Assembly: GCA_041690135.1 (NCBI GenBank)
Contig: JAWLHY010000010.1
Span: forward strand, 288,001-352,000
DNA from: Armatimonadota bacterium
GTDB lineage: Bacteria > Armatimonadota > SYMT01
Direction: 5' to 3'
DNA: 64,000 nucleotides
The notes under the pieces are model-generated. The model did not search any database. It had not been told where the DNA came from and saw only the letters and a program-made list of their open reading frames with translations. Numbering within the stretch: the stretch's first letter is position 1; every line of letters starts with the position of its first letter. Shown piece by piece: positions 28,153-38,729 of the stretch. A program made the translations under genes and the position numbers.

Positions 28153-30762
28153 TCAGTTCCGAGTGATCGCCTCACTCAAGTTCAACAGGGCTCGGCCGAC
28201 GCTGGTCCACGCTGCCAACTCCGCCCGATCCACGCCCGGCGGTTGCGGCGCCATGCCGGTCTTCAGCAATGCTTCCGCGGCCGCGGCATCGGCGCGGTAA
28301 TCCTGCAGGTTCTCCCGGTAGAGGCGCAGCAGGGTCTCCGTTTCACGGTCCAATGGCTGTCGCGAGAGAACCATCCGCCACGCCCAACGTGCGCGCTCTT
28401 GTTCCGTAGGCCCGCCTTCCTTCATGATACGGGTCGCGAATACGCGGGCGGCTTCCACGAACGTAGGGTCGTTGAGCAGAGTAAGCGCGGAAAGTGGCGT
28501 ATTGGTGATCGGGCGCTGGGCCGTACACTCCTCGCGCGAAGGGGCGTCGAACGCCCGCAGCATCGGGTGCAGGAACTGTCGCTGCCAGTGGACGTAAACC
28601 CCACGCCGGTACTGGTTGTCGTCCGTATCGTGCTTGTAGGTCCGCCGCGGGAAGTTGAGCAGCGCATAATATCCGTCCGGCTGGTATGGGCGGGCGCTGG
28701 GTCCGCCCAGCCGCTCCACCAGCAAGCCGCTGATCCCGAGCGCGCTGTCGCGGATCATCTCCGCGGGCACCCGGGACCGCCCCTGCCGGGCGAACAACCG
28801 GTTCTCCGGATCCCGCGCCACGAGGGCAGGTTCCCCTACCGACGATTGCCGGTACGCCGCAGAAGTCACGATGAGGCGGACGAGGGACTTGGTGCTCCAA
28901 CCCAGGCCTTGGGTGGGGCCGGGGGCTGGGGGCCGGGGGCTGGGGACTGATCCGTATTGCGTATTGCGTAATGCGTAACTCAAGCCCCGGTAATCAAAGC
29001 CTTCTACCGTCCGCAGGGTTCGGATCTCCCTTGCACCCTGCCCCCGGCTCCCCTGCGTCGTGGCGACCGCCGACGGTGCCGCGAACCGCGAGGCTATGTA
29101 ATCGAGAAGCTCCGGATGGGTCGGCCATTCCCCCTGGTTGCCGGTGTCGTCGAGCGACCGGCAGAGGCCGGCACCGAAGAGAAGATACCAGATGCGGTTC
29201 ACGAACACGCGAGAGGTCTGCGGGTGGTCCGGCGAAGTCAACCACCGCGCCAGGTCGAGGCGAGTGGCTCGCCGACCCTTAACGGCAATCGGCGTCAGGA
29301 AGTGGGGCACGGCGGGCTGCACGATCTCGCCGGTCTCGTCCATCCAATCGCCCCGTTTCAACACCCGGATGGTCCGGGGCGGCACGGAAACCGTGATCAT
29401 GGTGCGGCGCTTTCGTGCCGCCAGCTCTGCGGCCCGCTTTTCCAGCTTCACGATCTCCTGCCGGGCATCCGCCAACTGTCCTTGCGCGGAGGATCCGGCG
29501 GGCACCACCGCGACGGGGCCTTTCAGCTCCTCGATTCGCTTCCGGATCCGCTCCAACTCCACCTGGTCGAACGGCGAGAGGACTTCCAGTTCCGGCGCGC
29601 GCACGGTCGGCGTGATGTCCGCCCCGGGGTACGCGCCCCGCTCCTGGATGTCCGCGAAGAAAGAGACGAGGCTGTAGAAATCCTTCTGGCTGTAGGGATC
29701 GTACTTATGGTCGTGGCACTCGGCGCAGCCCATGGTGGCGCCCATCCATACGCTGGAAACGTTCCGGACCCGGTCCGCGGCATACTTGGCCAGGTACTCC
29801 TTGTCCTGCGCGCCGCCTTCGTGGGTGGTCTGGAGCAGGCGGTTGTAACCGGATGCGATCTTCTGGTTTACCGTAGGATTGGGCAGGAGATCGCCGGCAA
29901 GCTGTTCGACGGTGAACCGGTCGAACGGCATGTCATCGTTGAAGGCCTGGATCACATAGTCGCGGTAAGGTGAGATGGGGTGTTCCTGGTCCCCGTGGTA
30001 GCCCACGGTGTCGGCGTACCGCACCAGGTCGAGCCAGTACATGGCCATCCGCTCCCCGTACCGGGGTGACGCCAGCAAGCGGTCCACTTGGCGCTCGTAG
30101 GCGTCCGGACGCCCGTCGGCCAGAAAGGTGTCCACTTCCGACGGCGTGGGCGGCATTCCTGTCAGGTCGAACGAGAGGCGCCGGATGAGGGTGACGCGAT
30201 CCGCTTCCGGTGCCGGCTTCAATCCGGCACCTTCGATCTTCGCCAGCACGAAGCGGTCGATCGGGTTGCGTACCCACCCTGCCTGTTTCACCGTGGGGAC
30301 TTGCGGCACGCGAGGCGGAATATACGACCAGTGCTTTTGATAGGAGCCGCCCTGCTCGATCCACCGCTTCAAAAGGGTGATCTCGCTGGAGGTCAGGGCC
30401 TTCTGGGTGTGCGCCGGGGGCATCCGCAGCGCCTCCTTCGGGTGTACCGCCCGCTGAATGAGCGTGCTCTGATCCGGTTTCCCCGGCACCAGCGCTCGGC
30501 GTCCACTGCGGCCGGCCTTCGCCCCCTCCTCCGTGTCCAGGCGGAGGCCTGCCTGACGGTGGTTGGCATCCGGTCCATGGCAGGAGAAGCACTTATCCGA
30601 CAGGATTGGGCGGATATCCCGGTTGAACTCGACGCGTGAAACCGTCGCGCTCCTGGCCGGAGCCAGCCCCAATCCGGCGGCGCCGGTCGCCAGGCCCGCG
30701 ACGGCGGTTATCAAAAGGGCCGGCCTCGGCCGCGGGGAAAAGAGTTTCCGGGAGTCACGCAT
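28153..30762 (-). CDS. PSD1 (DUF1549/DUF1553) and planctomycete cytochrome c domain protein
   Basis: FNRDIRPILSDKCFSCHG, NPIDRFV, WLDLVRYADT, CAECHDHKYDP and PTHPELLD; carries an extra segment of about 60 aa. Confidence 0.93.
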   Translation of the reverse strand: MRDSRKLFSPRPRPALLITAVAGLATGAAGLGLAPARSATVSRVEFNRDIRPILSDKCFSCHGPDANHRQAGLRLDTEEGAKAGRSGRRALVPGKPDQSTLIQRAVHPKEALRMPPAHTQKALTSSEITLLKRWIEQGGSYQKHWSYIPPRVPQVPTVKQAGWVRNPIDRFVLAKIEGAGLKPAPEADRVTLIRRLSFDLTGMPPTPSEVDTFLADGRPDAYERQVDRLLASPRYGERMAMYWLDLVRYADTVGYHGDQEHPISPYRDYVIQAFNDDMPFDRFTVEQLAGDLLPNPTVNQKIASGYNRLLQTTHEGGAQDKEYLAKYAADRVRNVSSVWMGATMGCAECHDHKYDPYSQKDFYSLVSFFADIQERGAYPGADITPTVRAPELEVLSPFDQVELERIRKRIEELKGPVAVVPAGSSAQGQLADARQEIVKLEKRAAELAARKRRTMITVSVPPRTIRVLKRGDWMDETGEIVQPAVPHFLTPIAVKGRRATRLDLARWLTSPDHPQTSRVFVNRIWYLLFGAGLCRSLDDTGNQGEWPTHPELLDYIASRFAAPSAVATTQGSRGQGAREIRTLRTVEGFDYRGLSYALRNTQYGSVPSPRPPAPGPTQGLGWSTKSLVRLIVTSAAYRQSSVGEPALVARDPENRLFARQGRSRVPAEMIRDSALGISGLLVERLGGPSARPYQPDGYYALLNFPRRTYKHDTDDNQYRRGVYVHWQRQFLHPMLRAFDAPSREECTAQRPITNTPLSALTLLNDPTFVEAARVFATRIMKEGGPTEQERARWAWRMVLSRQPLDRETETLLRLYRENLQDYRADAAAAEALLKTGMAPQPPGVDRAELAAWTSVGRALLNLSEAITRN
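28903..29082 (-). repeat. In-frame heptamer-repeat insertion A
   Basis: About 180 bp between PELLDYIASRF and GWSTKSLVRLIV; sense strand has a G-rich block, TTACGCATTACGCAATACGCAATACG and a C-rich heptamer block. Confidence 0.75.
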
Positions 30763-31128
30763 GGAACAAGTACCTCGACCGGATGAGACACCAGGATCCG
30801 GAGTTCGTTGCAACCACGGGAACCACATCGATGGGGGCGCATTGACGCCCAGTCTCCTTTTCGGGATGGTAATATCCAGCGCCTTCTTGTATCGCGTAGA
30901 GATCTCCGTCGCGGACCTCTTGTCTCCGTAACCGCATCGACACTCCTAGCGGCCGTTCGGCCTCTCTTGTGTGGATTACTTCACACCGCCCGCACGAAAT
31001 AGTCCACTCCTCAACGCGTGTAGCCTGGCTATCCTTTTGAGGTCCGGGGACGACCCGGAAGCCCGAATGAGAAAGCTAACGCACGGCCAGGGACCCACGC
31101 AATTCCCCAGGCCGGAACTCCCAAGGAG

Positions 31129-32211
31129 ATGGAAATGGCAGTTCAAACCTTCGATCCCGTACGCTCGGAAGCTTTCGGCGAAAAGCTCGCCGGCTCATTG
31201 AACCAGACCGCCGTGGCTCTAATGACCTCCATCGGTCATCGTACGGGGCTGTTCGATACGATGTCACGGCTCCCCGCCTCTACCTGTGCCGAAGTCGCCG
31301 AGGCCGCCGGTCTCAGTGAGCGATACGTTCGGGAGTGGCTCGGCGCTATGGTGACTGGCGGAGTGGTGGAACACGACCCGGAAACGGCTCGTTTTTCCCT
31401 GCCCGCGGAGCATGCCGCCTGGCTGACCCGCGCGGCCAGCCCGAACAATTTCGCGGCCGCTGCCCAGTGGGTGGCCGTGCTTGGTACAGCCGAGGACGCG
31501 GTGGTCGAGGCCTTCCGCCACGGCAAGGGAGTCCCCTACTCGGCTTATCCGCGGTTCCACGAGGTGATGGCGGAAGAGAGCGAGCAGACGGTAGTAGCGG
31601 CGCTGATGGAGCATATTTTGCCACTGGCGCCGGGGCTGACCGAGCGGCTGCGGCAGGGCATCCGCGTGTTGGACGTCGGCTGCGGTCGGGGTCGCGCGCT
31701 CCAGCGGATGGCCACCGAGTTCCCGCGCAGCCGGTTCGTGGGGTACGACTTCTCGCAGGAAGCCATCGAGGGCGCCCGGCGCGAAACCGCCGAGCGCGGC
31801 CTGGAAAATGTCCGGTTCGCAGTGCAGGATGCCGCCGAAATCGATGACCCGCAGGCGTTCGACCTCATCACTGGGTTCGACGTGATCCACGACCAGGCAC
31901 GACCGGCCCAGGTGCTGAAGAACATTGCCCGCGCGCTACGGCCCGGAGGCCTGTTCCTGATGCAGGACATCAGCGGTTCCAGCCACCTCCATGCCGACTG
32001 CCAGCACCCGTTCGGACCGTTCCTGTATACGATCTCCTGCATGCACTGCATGTCCGTTTCGCTGGCGAATGGCGGGCCAGGGTTGGGTGCCATGTGGGGC
32101 AAGGAGACGGCCCTGCGAATGCTGGAAGAAGCCGGTTTTGCGGAGGTCCGGGTCGAGCAGCTTCCGCATGATCCGCTGAACTTCTATTTCCTCGCCTCCC
32201 CGGGGCGATAG
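31129..32211 (+). CDS. SAM-dependent methyltransferase with N-terminal winged helix (Rv2258c-like)
   Basis: GLSERYVREWL, VLDVGCGRG, FDVIHD and SCMHCM...GLGAMWG. Confidence 0.9.
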   Translation: MEMAVQTFDPVRSEAFGEKLAGSLNQTAVALMTSIGHRTGLFDTMSRLPASTCAEVAEAAGLSERYVREWLGAMVTGGVVEHDPETARFSLPAEHAAWLTRAASPNNFAAAAQWVAVLGTAEDAVVEAFRHGKGVPYSAYPRFHEVMAEESEQTVVAALMEHILPLAPGLTERLRQGIRVLDVGCGRGRALQRMATEFPRSRFVGYDFSQEAIEGARRETAERGLENVRFAVQDAAEIDDPQAFDLITGFDVIHDQARPAQVLKNIARALRPGGLFLMQDISGSSHLHADCQHPFGPFLYTISCMHCMSVSLANGGPGLGAMWGKETALRMLEEAGFAEVRVEQLPHDPLNFYFLASPGR

Positions 32212-32343
32212 CGCCCGGCCGGAGACTGGATCGCTGGCCTCGAGGGTGCTGCCGTACGGCAACACCCTCGAGGCTGTTTTCTGCCAAATCCACCCAGGAA
32301 TATCCCCTTCCTGTAATGTACTGTGCAGTAACGGAGGGAGCCC

Positions 32344-32823
32344 ATGGGACGCCAGAAAACCTGGCGAGAGAAACTCGCCGACTGCAAAGATCTTCCCAAG
32401 TTGGAGCCGATTACCGGACGCATGGCGAAGCGCTGGGGCCAGGGAACCGTTGTGATCCCGGCGCCGCTGGAAGTCGACGCATTGATGCGCCGGGTACCTG
32501 CGGGGCAGGTCACGACCATAAACGAGCTGCGCGCGGCCCTGGCGACGAAACACGGGGCGGACATCGGCTGTCCAATGACCACGGGGATCTTTGCTTGGAT
32601 CGCCGCACACGCCGCCGATGAGGCCACCATGGACGGGGAGATGGACGTCACCCCGTATTGGAGAACCCTGAAAGCCGGGGGAGAACTGAACCCGAAGTAT
32701 CCCGGCGGGGTGGAGCGCCAGCGCGAGCGGCTGCTTGCCGAAGGGTACCGGATCGTAGAGCGAAGAAAGACACTTCGCGTGGAAGGCTTCGACCAGCACC
32801 TTGCCGACCTGCAATCCCACTAA
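32344..32823 (+). CDS. MGMT-family (alkyltransferase-like) DNA-binding protein
   Basis: VPAGQVTT, CPMTTG, PYWRTLK and LLAEG; no PCHR active site. Confidence 0.8.
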   Translation: MGRQKTWREKLADCKDLPKLEPITGRMAKRWGQGTVVIPAPLEVDALMRRVPAGQVTTINELRAALATKHGADIGCPMTTGIFAWIAAHAADEATMDGEMDVTPYWRTLKAGGELNPKYPGGVERQRERLLAEGYRIVERRKTLRVEGFDQHLADLQSH

Positions 32824-32854
32824 CGCCCTCCACTCAATCAAAAGAGGATGGACC

Positions 32855-33376
32855 GTGCAACATCCCGGATCCTCCCGGAAATCTAACGACGCGATCCGCA
32901 GTCGCCGCCAGGCGGTCGTGGAGTTGAGCGTGGGAGTCTTCACCACGTTTGCAGCGCGTGCGACAGCCGCCTCGGACGGGACTTCTGGCCCCGCGGTACA
33001 GAGAGTGTGGGGGCGGCGAGGCAAAGGGGTTGGGGTGATCGAAGGGTGCATCAGCATCGCACTGGGAGAAGGCGATACGATCTTCGTCACCAACTTCCAT
33101 AATCGCCGTATCCAGCGTTTCACTCCGGAAGGCCATTTCATTACAGCCTTTCCGGTACCACCAAACCCCACGGGCCCGGGAACGCTCCGGCAACCTCTAC
33201 CTGGCGCAGTGGAGCAGCAGTTTTCCGCCGACGGCCGGTTCCTGCGCGGTTTCGGCGGCAAGGGCTCGGACCCGGCCCGCTTCCATCTTCCGCACGGGCT
33301 CACCCTGGACAGCCGGGGACACCCCTGTGTCGTGGACACCCTCAACGCCCGAATCCAGTGCTTCGACGTCAGGTGA
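32855..33376 (+). pseudogene. Truncated/degenerate NHL-repeat protein
   Basis: Only about 2-3 NHL blades (IFVTNFHNRRIQRFTPEG; FHLPHGLTLDSRG...DTLNARIQCF) with degraded consensus. Confidence 0.55.
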
Positions 33377-33446
33377 AGTGCTGCCTGCACCGAGGGAGTG
33401 CGAACCCGCTAGGTAAATAGTCTTTTGGTGAGAAGGAGACAACCTG

Positions 33447-34352
33447 ATGAAGAAGACCCCGAAACGGATATTCGGCATGGCGTTGATTGCGGGCGCCGTG
33501 GCGCTGTCCGGCGAACGCCCCTGGGCCGCCCAGCAACCTCCCAAGGCAGGCGCGGCGGCCAAGACGGCGGCAGCCAACCCGGCAGCAGCAGAGTTGAAAC
33601 CAGGTGCGGAGAAAAGAAACCCGAAGGATGGCGCCATCCTCGTCTACGTCCCGGCCGGCGAGTTCACCATGGGTGCCGACGATGGCTTCGAGAACGAAAA
33701 GCCCGCGCGCAAGGTCCGCCTGACAAAGGGGTACTGGATCTACAAGACGGAAGTCACCAACGCGATGTACGGGAAGTTTCTGGCGGCAAACCTGAAGCAT
33801 CCCCGCCCCCTCTATTGGAAGAAAGTGGCCCTGTTGAGCGCTCCCGACCAACCGGTGGTGGGCGTGACCTGGGACGACGCCATCGCCTACTGCAAGTGGG
33901 CCGGAGTGCGCCTCCCCACCGAGGTGGAGTGGGAGTACGCCGCTCGGGGTGGCGATGGTCGCAAGTATCCCTGGGGTAAGGAGGAGCCGGATGCTACCCG
34001 CGCCATCTTCGGGCTCCCGGAAGAGGGCGGCAAGCCGGGCACTCCCGGTAAACTGGACGCGGGCGCCAGCCCGTTCGGCGTCCGCGACATGGCCGGAAAC
34101 GTGTGGGAGTGGTGCGGCGACTGGTACGACCGGTTCGCCTACCGCCCGGCGGCGCCCGCGGTCCAGCCGGCGGCCAACATGCCGCCCCCGGTCGTTACCG
34201 ATCCGAAGGCGCCCGCCACGGGTCTTGAGCGGGTCGTACGGGGCGGCTCCTGGTTCACTCCGGCCCAGTATCTCCGCGCCTCACTGCGCATGCGGTATGA
34301 GCCCGGAACTCGTACCCCCGACCTCGGCTTCCGGGGCGCACTCTCCGAGTAA
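33447..34352 (+). CDS. FGE-sulfatase (SUMF1/EgtB/PvdO) domain protein
   Basis: VPAGEFTMG, EVTNAMY, RLPTEVEWEYAARG, DMAGNVWEWC, RGGSW and GFR. Confidence 0.93.
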   Translation: MKKTPKRIFGMALIAGAVALSGERPWAAQQPPKAGAAAKTAAANPAAAELKPGAEKRNPKDGAILVYVPAGEFTMGADDGFENEKPARKVRLTKGYWIYKTEVTNAMYGKFLAANLKHPRPLYWKKVALLSAPDQPVVGVTWDDAIAYCKWAGVRLPTEVEWEYAARGGDGRKYPWGKEEPDATRAIFGLPEEGGKPGTPGKLDAGASPFGVRDMAGNVWEWCGDWYDRFAYRPAAPAVQPAANMPPPVVTDPKAPATGLERVVRGGSWFTPAQYLRASLRMRYEPGTRTPDLGFRGALSE

Positions 34353-34393
34353 AGCTCAGGACGGTGGTCGTCGCTACTCGCAATGGGGATGAA

Positions 34394-34422
34394 AGACAGG
34401 GAGGCACAACGCCTCCCTGTCT
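34394..34422 (+). terminator. Terminator-like hairpin
   Basis: AGACAGGGAGGC-ACAAC-GCCTCCCTGTCT. Confidence 0.65.
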
Positions 34423-34527
34423 GTGTGCGGGCTGCCCCGTGGTAGCGCCGCCTATTTCCCGGCGTAACCCTGGGGACTTCAACCACATCTGATGACTGAC
34501 ACATTTTCCTGGGGAGCAACCTGCCAG

Positions 34528-35007
34528 ATGCGCGCACAACCTGCTCTGATCCTCGCGGCAACATTCCTCTTCCTTCGCACCGGCCCGGTCGATGCAAAGG
34601 CAGCCTACATCCCCCTCCCGCAGAAGGCGGCTGCATCCGACCTGATTGCGCGGGTGAATGTGCTCTCGATTTCACCCGCCCCAGCGGGCTCCCGATACCG
34701 GGGTATCGCTCGTGTCCGCATCGTGGCATCTATCAAAGGACTGGCGAAAGGTAAAGAGGTCGATCTGGAATTCGACAACGGACTGGCATGCCCGAACGTG
34801 CGCTACGCAAAGGGTGAGGATTGCCTCATCTTCGCGGCCCGTCTCCAGAACGGGCACTTCGAAACCTATAACACCTACTTTGGGAAGTACTTCTACCGCG
34901 ACGGCAAGGTGCTCGGCTGGATGGCGGAGGACTTCCGGAGCCGGGATTCTCCCTGGACCACAGTGGTCAATCAGCTCCAATCGCAACTGGCAGATCGCAA
35001 ACCATGA
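34528..35007 (+). CDS. Secreted hypothetical protein
   Basis: Signal peptide; ATGA overlap with the next gene. Confidence 0.65.
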   Translation: MRAQPALILAATFLFLRTGPVDAKAAYIPLPQKAAASDLIARVNVLSISPAPAGSRYRGIARVRIVASIKGLAKGKEVDLEFDNGLACPNVRYAKGEDCLIFAARLQNGHFETYNTYFGKYFYRDGKVLGWMAEDFRSRDSPWTTVVNQLQSQLADRKP

Positions 35008-36035
35008 CCCGCCGGCTTTTCCTGGGCGGCACTGGTGCATTTTTTCTGGTAGGCTGCCGCCCACAGACGGAACGAACGAGCGAGCGCACGGAAACGCCGC
35101 GGGTCACCGTCTACACCTCTCTCGATGAACCCTACGCGCGGCCGGTCCTCGAAGCCTTCACTCGGGAGACAGGTGTTCCGGTCCAGCCGGTCTATGACAC
35201 CGAAGCCAACAAGTCCCGGGGCCTGGCACAAAAGATCCTGGCAGAAAAGGGCCGCCCGCGCGCCGACGTCTTCTGGAGCTCCGAGATCCTCCAGATGCTC
35301 CGCCTGAAAGAGCAGGGGGCGCTGGCGGCCTACCAATCCCCCTCCGCGGAAGGCATTCCGAGTCGCTACCGAGACCCGGAGGGATACTGGACCGGCTTCG
35401 CGGCCCGCTTCCGGGTGCTGGCCTGCAACCGGGAGAAGGTGAGCCAATTGCCCCGGGGCCTGGCCGACCTGACCGACCCGCGCTGGAAGGGGGAGGTCGC
35501 GATGGCGCAACCCCTGTTCGGGACTACCACTTCCGAAGCGGCCGCCCTGTACCAGCTCTGGGGACCGGAGAAGGCCGCCGCCTACTACCGGGCGCGAAAA
35601 CAGAATGAAACCCGGATCGTCTCGGGCAACAGCGCCGCCGCCGAGCGCGCCGCCCAAGGCGAGGTGCTGATCGGGCAGACCGACACGGACGACGCCTACA
35701 TCCGCATCGACGACGGGGCCTCACTCGAAGTGGTGTTTCCTGACCAGGACGGCGTCGGCGCGATGCTCATTCCGAACACCGCCGCCCTGGTGCAGGGAGG
35801 CCCCCAGCCGGACCTGGGCCGCAAGTTCCTCGACTACCTGCTTCAACCGGAAACAGAGCTACTGTTGGCCGGCTTGCCCTCCCGCCAGTTGCCGCTTCAC
35901 CCAACCGTCCAGGACCGCCTGCCGGAGCAAGTCCGCCCCCTGGCCGGAGTGAAGGCGATGGAACTTGATTATCCCCGCCTCCTCGACCACTTCGAGGCGC
36001 TTGACGCCATGCTTCGCAGCCTGTTCCTCAGCTAG
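35004..36035 (+). CDS. Fe3+-type ABC transporter substrate-binding lipoprotein
   Basis: TRR..L and lipobox LVGC; VYTSLDE, ADVFWS, TDTDDAY and IPNTAALV. Confidence 0.85.
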   Translation: MTRRLFLGGTGAFFLVGCRPQTERTSERTETPRVTVYTSLDEPYARPVLEAFTRETGVPVQPVYDTEANKSRGLAQKILAEKGRPRADVFWSSEILQMLRLKEQGALAAYQSPSAEGIPSRYRDPEGYWTGFAARFRVLACNREKVSQLPRGLADLTDPRWKGEVAMAQPLFGTTTSEAAALYQLWGPEKAAAYYRARKQNETRIVSGNSAAAERAAQGEVLIGQTDTDDAYIRIDDGASLEVVFPDQDGVGAMLIPNTAALVQGGPQPDLGRKFLDYLLQPETELLLAGLPSRQLPLHPTVQDRLPEQVRPLAGVKAMELDYPRLLDHFEALDAMLRSLFLS

Positions 36036-36077
36036 GGAGGGAGGCAAAACCAACAATGCCGTTCCGGACCGATCTAG

Positions 36078-36123
36078 AGTGAAGGGCGGATCCGGGTTAC
36101 TTCCGGATCCGCCCTTCACTTTT
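36078..36123. terminator. Terminator between convergent genes
   Basis: 18-bp arms AGTGAAGGGCGGATCCGG / CCGGATCCGCCCTTCACT followed by TTT. Confidence 0.85.
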
Positions 36124-36163
36124 GCATCGCAAAACCTGGGGCTGCCCTGCCCCAGCCTGATTG

Positions 36164-36859
36164 CTACTGGTAGATGTTGAACATTTGCATGTCGTTCAGC
36201 ATATTCTCCGTCTTCACCCACTTGGCGTGCCCGTCACAGAAGAGGACATTCATGCCGCCCTGGTGACGGGGATACAAGACCTCCCCTAACACTCCGACCA
36301 GATAGGTCTCTCCGCTCGCGGTCTTGCCGGTGTTGTTCCAGCCGGCAGTGTTCGGCAGCCAATGGCACCACCAGGCATTATTCGACTCGAACACGAGACC
36401 GGTGGTCGCCGGATGGGCGAACTGGGCTTCCGTCACGGGGAAGGTCGGCGTAGCTGTGCCTTCCGGGAAGTGGGTTCCATGCGCCATGTTGATGGCATAG
36501 CGGGTTCCCTGGACATTATCCGGGGGTTCGCCTCCGCCCGCCGGGTTGAGTACGACATTGGTGGGACCGCCGGGACAGCGGAAAATGTCCCGGTTCTTGA
36601 TGTAGGGCCGAATCTTGTCGGCCCAGATGATCCGCCGCCCCGGGTAACTCACATCGTCATAGACCGACGGATAGGCACCGTCGTAGTCCTGGGCGTACAT
36701 GCCAAACGCCAGCCCCATCTGCTTTTCATTGGATAGGCAGGAAGTCTTGCGGGCCGCTTCACGCGCCTGGGCGAATACGGGGAAGAGGATAGCAGCCAGG
36801 ATGGCGATGATGGCAATAACGACGAGAAGTTCAATAAGCGTAAAGCCACGTCTCTTCAT
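36164..36859 (-). CDS. Prepilin-type N-terminal cleavage / DUF1559 / H-X9-DG protein
   Basis: [40 protein letters not shown] and [16 protein letters not shown]. Confidence 0.95.
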   Translation of the reverse strand: MKRRGFTLIELLVVIAIIAILAAILFPVFAQAREAARKTSCLSNEKQMGLAFGMYAQDYDGAYPSVYDDVSYPGRRIIWADKIRPYIKNRDIFRCPGGPTNVVLNPAGGGEPPDNVQGTRYAINMAHGTHFPEGTATPTFPVTEAQFAHPATTGLVFESNNAWWCHWLPNTAGWNNTGKTASGETYLVGVLGEVLYPRHQGGMNVLFCDGHAKWVKTENMLNDMQMFNIYQ

Positions 36860-36899
36860 GAAGTCCTCCGTTGGACTGGGTTCAATAACAGCCAGACAA

Positions 36900-37166
36900 T
36901 TAGCGCGGCTGCGCCGGTGGGATGAGGCTGGGGGCGCCCTGCGTGGGTAACGTCGGTGTGGCTCCCATTGCTCCAGGCGGTCGCAAGACGTTCGCGTTGG
37001 GATTTCCTGAACCGGCCGGTAGTGAGGCCGGCGCGCTCAGCTTCACGGCTTCCTCGGGGGTGAGCCCCCGATTGAATGCACGCCAACCCAGGAATCCTCC
37101 AACTACGGCGAGCAGGATGACTCCGACCAGGATGCCGAGTTTCACGTTGCTGTTTTCTTGGTCCAT
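36900..37166 (-). CDS. Small single-TM protein with Pro-rich tail
   Basis: 88 aa, one TM helix, directly upstream of the prepilin gene. Confidence 0.65.
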   Translation of the reverse strand: MDQENSNVKLGILVGVILLAVVGGFLGWRAFNRGLTPEEAVKLSAPASLPAGSGNPNANVLRPPGAMGATPTLPTQGAPSLIPPAQPR

Positions 37167-37309
37167 AGGATGCTGACTCAACCTTCCTCAACTGGAGAAG
37201 CAGTCGGTGGAGTGCGAACCACCTCCCCCCTGATGCTGGGCGAGCGGCGGTCGTCTGAGACGGCCCCTTAGAGGAAACACAGGAGAGGACGCGGATTCTC
37301 CGCGCCGAC

Positions 37310-37345
37310 TTAGCAGGTCCTTAGCAGGCGCTAAAGACCTGCTTA
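37310..37345. promoter_or_regulatory. TTAGCAGG repeats (two direct, one inverted), putative regulator site
   Basis: TTAGCAGGTC at 37310, TTAGCAGG at 37321 (11-bp period), GACCTGCTTA at 37336. Confidence 0.4.
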
Positions 37346-37484
37346 GGAGGTTGGCTTCCCACCATTAACCATAGAGAAAACCTGTTTACCGCAAAAACCA
37401 CCTTCCACAGTGCCTGGCACTGCGAAAGGTGGCCTGATGGAATGGTGAGGTTGTTTAGTCGCAACCCCGGCCTGGTTCGTCTAA

Positions 37485-38729
37485 TCAGAGCCGTTGGGGG
37501 CCACTGCGGACCGCAATCGCCATCCGCTCGCGCCGCTCCAATACCAATCGACGAGCCTTGCGAACCCTTTGCCTGGACTGTCGCTCGCTGCGGTGGATGG
37601 CCAGGAGGCGCGCCGCGATCTCTTCGCCGCGGGTGTCGTCGATCTCGAAGATCCACTCTTCCAGACCCACATCACGCCACATCTGGCCTTTGCGGGTGTC
37701 GGTTGGCTGGCGCAGGTGGATGGCCGGCGTTCCATTCGCCAGCGCAATGATGGGCGAGTGCATCTCAAAGCTCACGACGGCGGCGGCACGGGCGTAGGTG
37801 GAGGCTGCTTCATCGGTGAGCCAATAGCCGGGGCGCACCACCACCTTCGGCTTCACGTCCTCCGGCAAGGGGTCGAACAGCAACGGCCGCAGTAGTTCCA
37901 CCTGGTACGTCATTTCGGGACAGAGGAGCGCCATCTTACCCGTCTTCCGCACCCATGCGACGATCGCCGTCCGCAGCTTGGCATGGTCCGCCTCCCGGTA
38001 ACGCTCGTTCTCGGCTTCCTTCCGCGCGATCTCTTCCGGCGCGTACTTCCGGCCTTCTTTCCAGTAGGGGGTCCAACGCAACCGCGGCACGAAACAGGCG
38101 AACTGCCCACGCTCCAGCCGGTGCTCGCGCAGGAAGGTTTCCGCCCGGACATCGTCCCGAAGGTCGAGGTGGAAGGTGGCGTCCGGTCCGAACTCCATCA
38201 GCGGACCGCGAATCCCGCTCTCCTTCAATGCAGCCAGGGAGAGGGTGTCACGACAGAAGACAAAGCGGGCCTCGCTCAGCAGCTCACGCCGGTCCTTGAG
38301 CTCGGCATCGCTCAAAGTTACGCCGCCGATCCCATAGGGCTTACCGGTGGCGCGCCACCGCTCCATCTCCCGCCAGCCCACGAGGCTCGGTCCGGAGCCG
38401 TGCAGGCCGAAGTCGCACTCTTCCAGCGCGCGCGCCTGCTCCTCCGGGGTCCGCGCCAGCCGCAGCCGGGGAAACCGCGCCCGGAGCATCCGCTCCACGT
38501 CTTCGGACAGCCGGTTCGGCCAGAGCGTGACGAGCGTCTCCGGAAGATGCCGCTCCAGCAGCGCCAGCATGCCCGGCGTGTGGGCGATATCGCCGATGTT
38601 GACCGTCTGCCACGACGAGCGCAGCAACACGTGCCGCGGCGCGCGACCGGCAGCGAGGAGTGAGCGTGGAAACGCCGAGGCGGCAGCCCCAACGGCAGTT
38701 TGAACGAGAAGTTGGCGGCGGTTGATCAT
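37485..38729 (-). CDS. Polysaccharide pyruvyl transferase-family protein with Tat signal
   Basis: NRRQLL; VNIGDIA, FCRDTLS, PDATF and EMHSPIIALANGTP. Confidence 0.85.
   Translation of the reverse strand: MINRRQLLVQTAVGAAASAFPRSLLAAGRAPRHVLLRSSWQTVNIGDIAHTPGMLALLERHLPETLVTLWPNRLSEDVERMLRARFPRLRLARTPEEQARALEECDFGLHGSGPSLVGWREMERWRATGKPYGIGGVTLSDAELKDRRELLSEARFVFCRDTLSLAALKESGIRGPLMEFGPDATFHLDLRDDVRAETFLREHRLERGQFACFVPRLRWTPYWKEGRKYAPEEIARKEAENERYREADHAKLRTAIVAWVRKTGKMALLCPEMTYQVELLRPLLFDPLPEDVKPKVVVRPGYWLTDEAASTYARAAAVVSFEMHSPIIALANGTPAIHLRQPTDTRKGQMWRDVGLEEWIFEIDDTRGEEIAARLLAIHRSERQSRQRVRKARRLVLERRERMAIAVRSGPQRL

Noticed and set aside
26571-28166. Long antisense ORFs (also 42874-44607, 61460-63382 and others)
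   Set aside because: Shadow ORFs opposite well-supported genes, as expected at high GC; no motifs of their own.
32319-32330. TACTG-TG-CAGTA as a LexA box upstream of the MGMT-like gene
   Set aside because: Spacing does not match CTGT-N8-ACAG, and it is too short to assign.
34230-34422. FGE-sulfatase C-terminus plus hairpin as a DGR target
   Set aside because: No template repeat or RT in the window, and the hairpin is explained as a terminator. A remote target cannot be fully excluded.
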